A stretch of 64,000 nucleotides of DNA from an uncultured Armatimonadia bacterium (GTDB lineage Bacteria > Armatimonadota > Zipacnadia > CAVVLO01): contig CAVVLO010000005.1 in NCBI GenBank assembly GCA_963749155.1, forward strand, positions 1 through 64,000, in the 5' to 3' direction. Both the position numbers and the translations under genes were made by a program. Position 1 is the first letter of the stretch. Each line of letters opens with the position of its first letter. Below, one piece after another: positions 58,237 to 64,000 of this stretch. Under the pieces are notes generated by a model. The model was not told the DNA's origin, did no database searches, and saw nothing but the letters and a program-made list of their open reading frames with translations.

Positions 58237-61200
58237 CAGTAAGTGATTCTGACCTCCTGCTTCCCACTGATGGCAGGCAGCTTGATGAGGTTGCGCGCCA
58301 CGTCGAAGTCGCTCCATGACTTGCCATCTACTGTCACAGCCGCGATAGGTTTACCTTCGGGGTGACGCACCCGCAGTTCAAGCCCACCAAACCCCTCGCA
58401 GCCCGTTGTGTCAACCTGAGCCTCGAGGTAGCCAGCATCTGTATGCGAGGCAAGCGTATAACTGACTCGGCCAAACTTCGTGGGTAACGCCTCGATAGTT
58501 ATTTGTTCGGTCTGGCTTCAACCACTGGTCGGTTACAAAAGGCGCCAGTCTGAGAGTTGAGCCATATTCCATCGCGAAGAGGAAACGTGTCTGCTGCAGG
58601 AAGTAGCCCGTCTCGTGAGTCTTATTGAAGGCGCCCGCGTTGCGGAAATGCTCCCAGTGAGAGAGGTTCTCGGCTGACACCATCGCCGCCAGGGTGTTGA
58701 AATAACTGCGGATGAAAGGCTTTACGTCATCGCGCAAGGCATAGATTTCGGCGTTGCGCGCGTAGTAGGGTTGGACTTTCGAGAAGCCGCCCCGGTTGAA
58801 CCAGTCGGCTTCAGATTCTGCGGCTGTATAGTCGAACCACCCCTCGCCCAGGAAGTCGATGTCTTCGAGCGCATCCATTATCCATCTCGCCTCGCGCGAA
58901 TGGGGCGCGAGCTGGCGCTGGGAGATAAGGTGGTGGGCGCCGATGTCCACATCGTAAGCCCAGCTTCGGTTGCCGTCCTCGCCCGGGAAGAGCTCCTTCA
59001 TTGAAAGCGACAAGCCTGCGGAACTCGGCGAGAAGGGTACCCAGGTGCCATCTCTCAGCGGCACTAGTGACGCAAGGGCTTGGGTCTTCTTGAAGGCCTG
59101 GACCACAGCCGTTTTGTGGTTAGCCGCATCAAGGAGCAACTGGCCAGCGCCGTCCGTGCCGATGGCGAGCAACGCCTCGCCTGCACGCTCATTACCCGCC
59201 TGGTAGAGGCTATTGGCAGCAAAGTAGGCAGCATAATTGCCCCAGTCGGCCATTACTCCAGGAGGCATCAGGCCTTCGGTTTCGGGAAGCAGCAACTCGG
59301 CAGGTCTTTCAGTGCTCTTCCTGCGCTGGGCTTCGACCCAGTCACATACTCGTTTGACCTCGGAGGCCACACTTGTCATCCAGTCCCTGTCTTTCGTCAG
59401 GTCATAGTATTCGCCAACCGAACGTAGCTGCCAACCCGTACCCATCAGGGTGTAGCCTGTTGTCAGGAAGCCGGCAGCGTTGTAACGTCTGATGAAAAAG
59501 TCCAATCCGCGCTTTGCGAACTCGTCATTACCAAGCAAGGCCATACCGCGCAAGATGGAGTTGGCCTCACTTTCAAGTGGCCCATAAACCATAGAGGCTA
59601 TCCAGGGCGAGACCAGCCGGCCTTCTTCCGCGTTGCGCGCAGCCAGGTAACAGTGCACCTGGGCAGCCTTGATGATGTTGGTAAGTGACTCATCGGGCAC
59701 TTCAATGCGGGTTGCCTGGCCGAGAACTCTTTCCCAGTAAGAGGCAAGCTGGTCTTTCAAGGCTGCGCCGCCATCGAGCTGAGCAACTTCGCTTTCGGAG
59801 ACGACCCAGGCAGGTACGTAGATCCAGCAGCGCGCGACCTGAGCTGAGCCAAGCTGGCCTTGCAAGGTGAGTAGTCCACCTTCGACTTTGGGCGCCAGGA
59901 GAGAGGCGGCTTCAAACTGACAGGAAGCCATTACGCCCTGCGCATCAGTCACGAGCGCGCGTTGGCCAGTCAGTGAAATCCGAGCCTGAGTGCCAGCAGC
60001 CTGATCCGCAAGAAAACTGAGCGCCAGTCGGGCATCCAGCGGGGCCTTGGCAAGGTTCTCGATCTCGTATTCCATTACGGCCAGAGGCTTGTCCGAGAGC
60101 CAGCCAACGTCATCAACCACACCCGCCGGCACCACGAAAGCGCGCTGGCGATAGACAATTCCCGCCTCTTCGACCGTGGTCTCGGGAGCCGGCAGCCAGC
60201 CTCCCCATAAGTTACGTGACACCGTTTGCTTACTGTTCTCAAATCCGAAGCTTGGGGTTATTGCCGCGCGTGGCCTGACACCATGGGGTATGCCAACATA
60301 AGGATCCGGATAAACACCTGGAGAGTTCGGATCTATCGCGGTAGGTGCGAACTCAAAACGTCCCTCTCGATGCACAAGGAATTTGCGATTGTCAGAGGCT
60401 AGCGAGATGAGCATCGGCCCGTTGTCCTGGATGGGATTGTGGGTCTTCTCCATCGCCTGCGCGAAGGTCTGGTCGGGCATCGAACGCACGCGTTCGAGGA
60501 TTGTCTGCTGGTTTGCTGTCTTCAGTTTATATTCCGCAAGTGATGGGCCTGCCTCGGTAGTCACATAGAGGCCAAAATCGGGTGCCCAAACACTGCCTCG
60601 ATTGAGGACGTCCGTGACTCTTACCGCACATTCGCCATAAGGCAACTGGAAACGCAACAAGGTACTCTCGGAAGCAAGGAAACCTTCTGGTACATAAGCG
60701 ACATTAAGCCTTGAACCGCTGGCGATGGCCTTGGCTGTGCTTGCACCAGCAACTGTCCCATTGTAGGGTGTTACCGAGGCATCCGGGCCTGCTGCATAGG
60801 ATTCCAGTTCAACTCGCAAGCGAGTCGAAAGCAGCCTCGTGCGGCTCTCGGCGCTGATTTTCTGCACTTTCAGACCTGCCAGCTCGGGAGAGAAGACCCA
60901 CCTCAGTTTACGCAGGCCTTGCCTGAGGCCCGGATGGGTGCTCTCGGTCAGGTTCCACATCAGGTTGCTGCCGTCTGCTACAGGCTGGACTGAAAGCGAC
61001 TCCCAGACCCCCTGCCATAACGATTGACCGAACCAGCCCTGGAGCTCCACACTGGCCGGAGAGGGAGCTTCGCCCAGGAATTCGAGACTCACGGACCGAA
61101 GCTGCCGGCGCTCAAGCCAGGCCAGGCCTAAAGCGCCCTTGCCTTCAGCCTTGAAAGGTATGACATAACTGCCATCGGCAGTCGGAGCAAGTGGTTTGTC

Positions 61201-61851
61201 GAGGTACAGGTCATCCGCAATAAACTCCTGGGTGCGCTGGGCCTGGGCGCCGTCCATCCGGTTGGCATCGCCCGTGAAGACCTTGGCGAAAGGCGCGATA
61301 TCCAGCCCCTGCTGACCTTGCCCCAGAACTGGTTTGTCAGCCTTCACCAGTCTCGCCTCCGCCCAGTTGGCGCAGTCGCAAGTGATGCCATCGCCGCCAT
61401 CGGTCGACACAAGTCTTAGCTCAAAGGCTCCCTGTACTTTCACTTTTACCTTGCGCGCGCCGTCCGACTCGCGCAGCAGGCCACTGTCATAACGCTTCTT
61501 GCCATCTACCCAGACCTGGAAGACGACGCTGCCAGCGTCAGCAGCTTGTTCCTGTACGCCTACCTCGGCAAGGAATTCGGAATATTCGCCGTTGAGATCG
61601 TAGACCAGGGCGCCAGGCGCATGGTGTCCAAGTCCGTGCTCATAAATCCGCTCTCCAATTTGCAGTGGCAGAGGCTCTAGACCTGGATTATAGGCGCAAG
61701 TATTAAGGCCCAAAGCCCCCCAGCCTTGCTGAACGAAAACTAGCCGTTGAGGCAAGTCGGAGAGATATTCAACCTGGGACACACCCCAAGCCAGGGCTGT
61801 AGCACAAAGTAATAAAGTGATTAATATCAGGACACGGGTCATACTAGCCAC
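58236..61851 (-). CDS. Secreted NPCBM/NEW2-domain protein with (alpha/alpha)6 glycosidase-like region (frameshift ~58510)
   Basis: YLSDL...QGWG, YEHGLG.HA, GSVVFQVWVDG, DGITCDCANWAEARL (NPCBM). The tail in another frame, LPTKFGRVSY...LRVRHPEGKPI, ends at a TGA overlapping the next ATG. Confidence 0.7.
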
Positions 61852-61999
61852 CTCCGGTAAGACTGATTGGTAGTTCGCTCCATATCAGCTTAGGCCTGCT
61901 GACAAGCCGTAGAAGCTGCTCTGGAACCAGAGAGGATGTTAGACAGTGTGGCGCAATTTCTGGTATAAACGGGTTACCACTAACCAGGCAGGTGGCATT

Positions 62000-62440
62000 A
62001 TGGACGAGGCTAAGCAGGAAGAGCTGAAGCGTCTGCTGGAGCTGGCCGAGAAGTATGGGCTGGAGCAGCTCAGCGTGGCTACTGAAGATACGAAGTTGGA
62101 GGTCACTCTTGATCCCGATGGAATCGTTCTTGTGCCTACTACCCTTGCAGGACAGCAGGCAGCTTCGGTAGCCCAGGCGCCTGATGCCATTCCGGGCAAC
62201 TGGCAAGCCATAACTTCGCCTCTTCTTGGCACTTATTATCGCAAGCCTGCACCTGAGGCTCCTCCCTTCGTGGAGATTGGCGATGAAGTTGATGTTGATA
62301 CGGTGGTAGGGCTTGTAGAGGCTATGAAAGTCTTCAATGAAGTCGTCGCTGATGTGAAGGGCCGAGTAGCCAGGGTCGCCAGTGCTGACGCCACTCTGGT
62401 GCAGCCTGGCGATGTGCTGCTCTGGATAGAGGAGGACTAA
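62000..62440 (+). CDS. accB: Biotin carboxyl carrier protein
   Basis: ITSPLLGTYYRKPAPEAPPFV, and EAMKVFN biotinylation motif. Confidence 0.88.
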   Translation: MDEAKQEELKRLLELAEKYGLEQLSVATEDTKLEVTLDPDGIVLVPTTLAGQQAASVAQAPDAIPGNWQAITSPLLGTYYRKPAPEAPPFVEIGDEVDVDTVVGLVEAMKVFNEVVADVKGRVARVASADATLVQPGDVLLWIEED

Positions 62441-62443
62441 GCC

Positions 62444-63727
62444 GTGAGAACGATCCGTCTTGGATTCCTTGGGATGGGCGTTGTCGGCAGCGGTACTCTC
62501 TACGCTCTGGAACTCCAACAGGAAGAACTCGAGAAGCGCCTCGGTTGCAAATTTGAGTTGGCCAAAGTCGCTGTCCTGTCTATCGCCGAGCATAAAGGTC
62601 ATCCCCTGCCCCTCGAAGTGATGACAGAGGACGTCTGGGAAGTTGTGCGAGACCCCAGCATCGACATCATCATCGAACTGATGGGGGGCAGCAATCCAGC
62701 CAAGGATTGCATCCTCGAAGCGCTGGCTGGCGGCAAGATGGTCGTGAGCGCCAACAAAGAGGTCGTCGCGCAACATGGCGATATCATCTTTGAGCAGGTG
62801 GAGAAGACAGGGGCTGGTTTCTTCTTCGAGGCCAGTGTCTGTGGCGCCATCCCCATTGTGCGCGCGCTCAAGCAGAGCTACGCCGCAGACCGAATAATTG
62901 AGCTTGTAGGCATTGTGAATGGTACTTGCAACTTCATCCTGACCGAGATGGACCAGCAAGGTCAGGCCTTTGAGGTAGCGCTTGATGTCGCCCGCGAGCT
63001 TGGTTATGCCGAGGCTGATCCGACCAATGACATTGAAGGCTATGATGCCCAGCGCAAGCTGGCTATCCTCGCCGACCTGGCCTTTGCAAGCCGGGTCAAA
63101 TTGTCCGAAGTATTTGTCGAAGGGCTGAAAGGTATCGAGCCAGTCGATCTCGCTTACGCTCGCGAATTTGGATATGCGATCAAGTTGCTGGCTATCGCCA
63201 AAGCGCGCGAGGAAGGTATCGAGGCACGAGTCCACCCGGCACTGGTTAACGAAGAGCATCCCCTGGCTTCGGTGCGGGGCGTATATAACGCAGTCTTCGT
63301 GCGCAGTGAGCGTATCGGCGAGATGATGTTCTATGGGCCAGGCGCGGGAAGTGCTCCAACTGGCGCCATCGTCGCTGCCGATATTGTGGAAGCAGCCTTC
63401 AACGTGGTCAATGGTATAAAAGGTGCGACTCCCTGCACCTGTCTCTACACAAAGCCAGTGTTGCCGATGAGCGCGCTCAATATCCCTTATTATGTGCGGA
63501 TGCTGGTTGAGGACAGGCCGGGCGTGCTTGCCCAGTTTGCTTATTGTTTTGGCAAACATGGGGTCAGCCTGAAGGCGGTAATCCAGAAATCTGCCAGTGA
63601 AGAGGCCGCCGAGATAGTCTGGCTTACCCACCCAGCACCCGAAGGTGACGTGCAGGCCAGCCTGGCCGAGATGCGCGAGATGACCAGTTGTTTACAGATT
63701 GCCGCGGCTCTCCGCGTCTATGAGTAG
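62444..63727 (+). CDS. hom: Homoserine dehydrogenase with C-terminal ACT domain
   Basis: GMGVVG, VVSANK, FEASVCGAIP, GIVNGTCNFIL, GYAEADPT.D, GPGAG, DRPGVL. Confidence 0.95.
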   Translation: MRTIRLGFLGMGVVGSGTLYALELQQEELEKRLGCKFELAKVAVLSIAEHKGHPLPLEVMTEDVWEVVRDPSIDIIIELMGGSNPAKDCILEALAGGKMVVSANKEVVAQHGDIIFEQVEKTGAGFFFEASVCGAIPIVRALKQSYAADRIIELVGIVNGTCNFILTEMDQQGQAFEVALDVARELGYAEADPTNDIEGYDAQRKLAILADLAFASRVKLSEVFVEGLKGIEPVDLAYAREFGYAIKLLAIAKAREEGIEARVHPALVNEEHPLASVRGVYNAVFVRSERIGEMMFYGPGAGSAPTGAIVAADIVEAAFNVVNGIKGATPCTCLYTKPVLPMSALNIPYYVRMLVEDRPGVLAQFAYCFGKHGVSLKAVIQKSASEEAAEIVWLTHPAPEGDVQASLAEMREMTSCLQIAAALRVYE

Positions 63728-63742
63728 AGAAGGGTTGCCATA

Positions 63743-64000
63743 ATGCTAATGGATGTTGCTTATCAGGGAGTAATAAACCGCTACCGTCAGTATCTGCCAG
63801 TCACGGAGAGCACCCCGGTCATTACCTTGCTCGAGGGAAATACCCCCCTGGTGCGGGCTGACAAGCTCGAACGAGAGCTAGGACTTGGGCTTGAAGTGTA
63901 TCTGAAATACGAAGGCCTCAACCCGACGGGCTCTTTCAAAGATCGCGGGATGACGATGGCCATCACCAAGGCCGTCGAAGCTGGCGCGACTGCGGTAATG
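63743..64000 (+). CDS. thrC: Threonine synthase, 5' part (runs off window; not in the ORF track)
   Basis: Hand translation gives YRQYLPVTESTPVITLLEGNTPL...KYEGLNPTGSFKDRGMT. Confidence 0.93.
   Translation, partial: MLMDVAYQGVINRYRQYLPVTESTPVITLLEGNTPLVRADKLERELGLGLEVYLKYEGLNPTGSFKDRGMTMAITKAVEAGATAVM

Overview
The window looks like three unrelated DNA segments joined together, with abrupt in-gene breaks near 580 and 34592. (A) 1-~578 is an AT-rich, truncated cysK. (B) ~579-34592 is a very GC-rich diderm chromosome around the replication origin. It holds OM/secreted proteins, trpB2, a complete Na+-signature V/A-type ATPase operon, bactofilin-parB-parA-rsmG-jag-yidC-yidD-rnpA-rpmH divergent from dnaA-oriC-dnaN-recF-dciA-gyrB-gyrA, two parS sites, several DnaA-box clusters, a DnaA-trio unwinding element, and an unusual CDF-like::HflK / HflC / HflK cluster. 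(C) ~34593-64000 is of intermediate GC. It starts with a DUF4062-STAND-TPR (NLR-like) gene followed by an isolated tRNA 3'-end fragment and terminator (likely the att end of an integrated island). Next is a carbohydrate-degradation region: GH42-like, GH63-like, GH89, a duplicated 'Tat-like protein + sulfatase' module, and discoidin and NPCBM proteins. It also holds a PAS hybrid kinase and a polyferredoxin, and ends with accB-hom-thrC. Many genes, including essential ones, are frameshifted, most likely by sequencing or consensus error. No CRISPR array, rRNA, intact tRNA or transposase was seen. All family assignments come from motif recognition by eye, with no database search.
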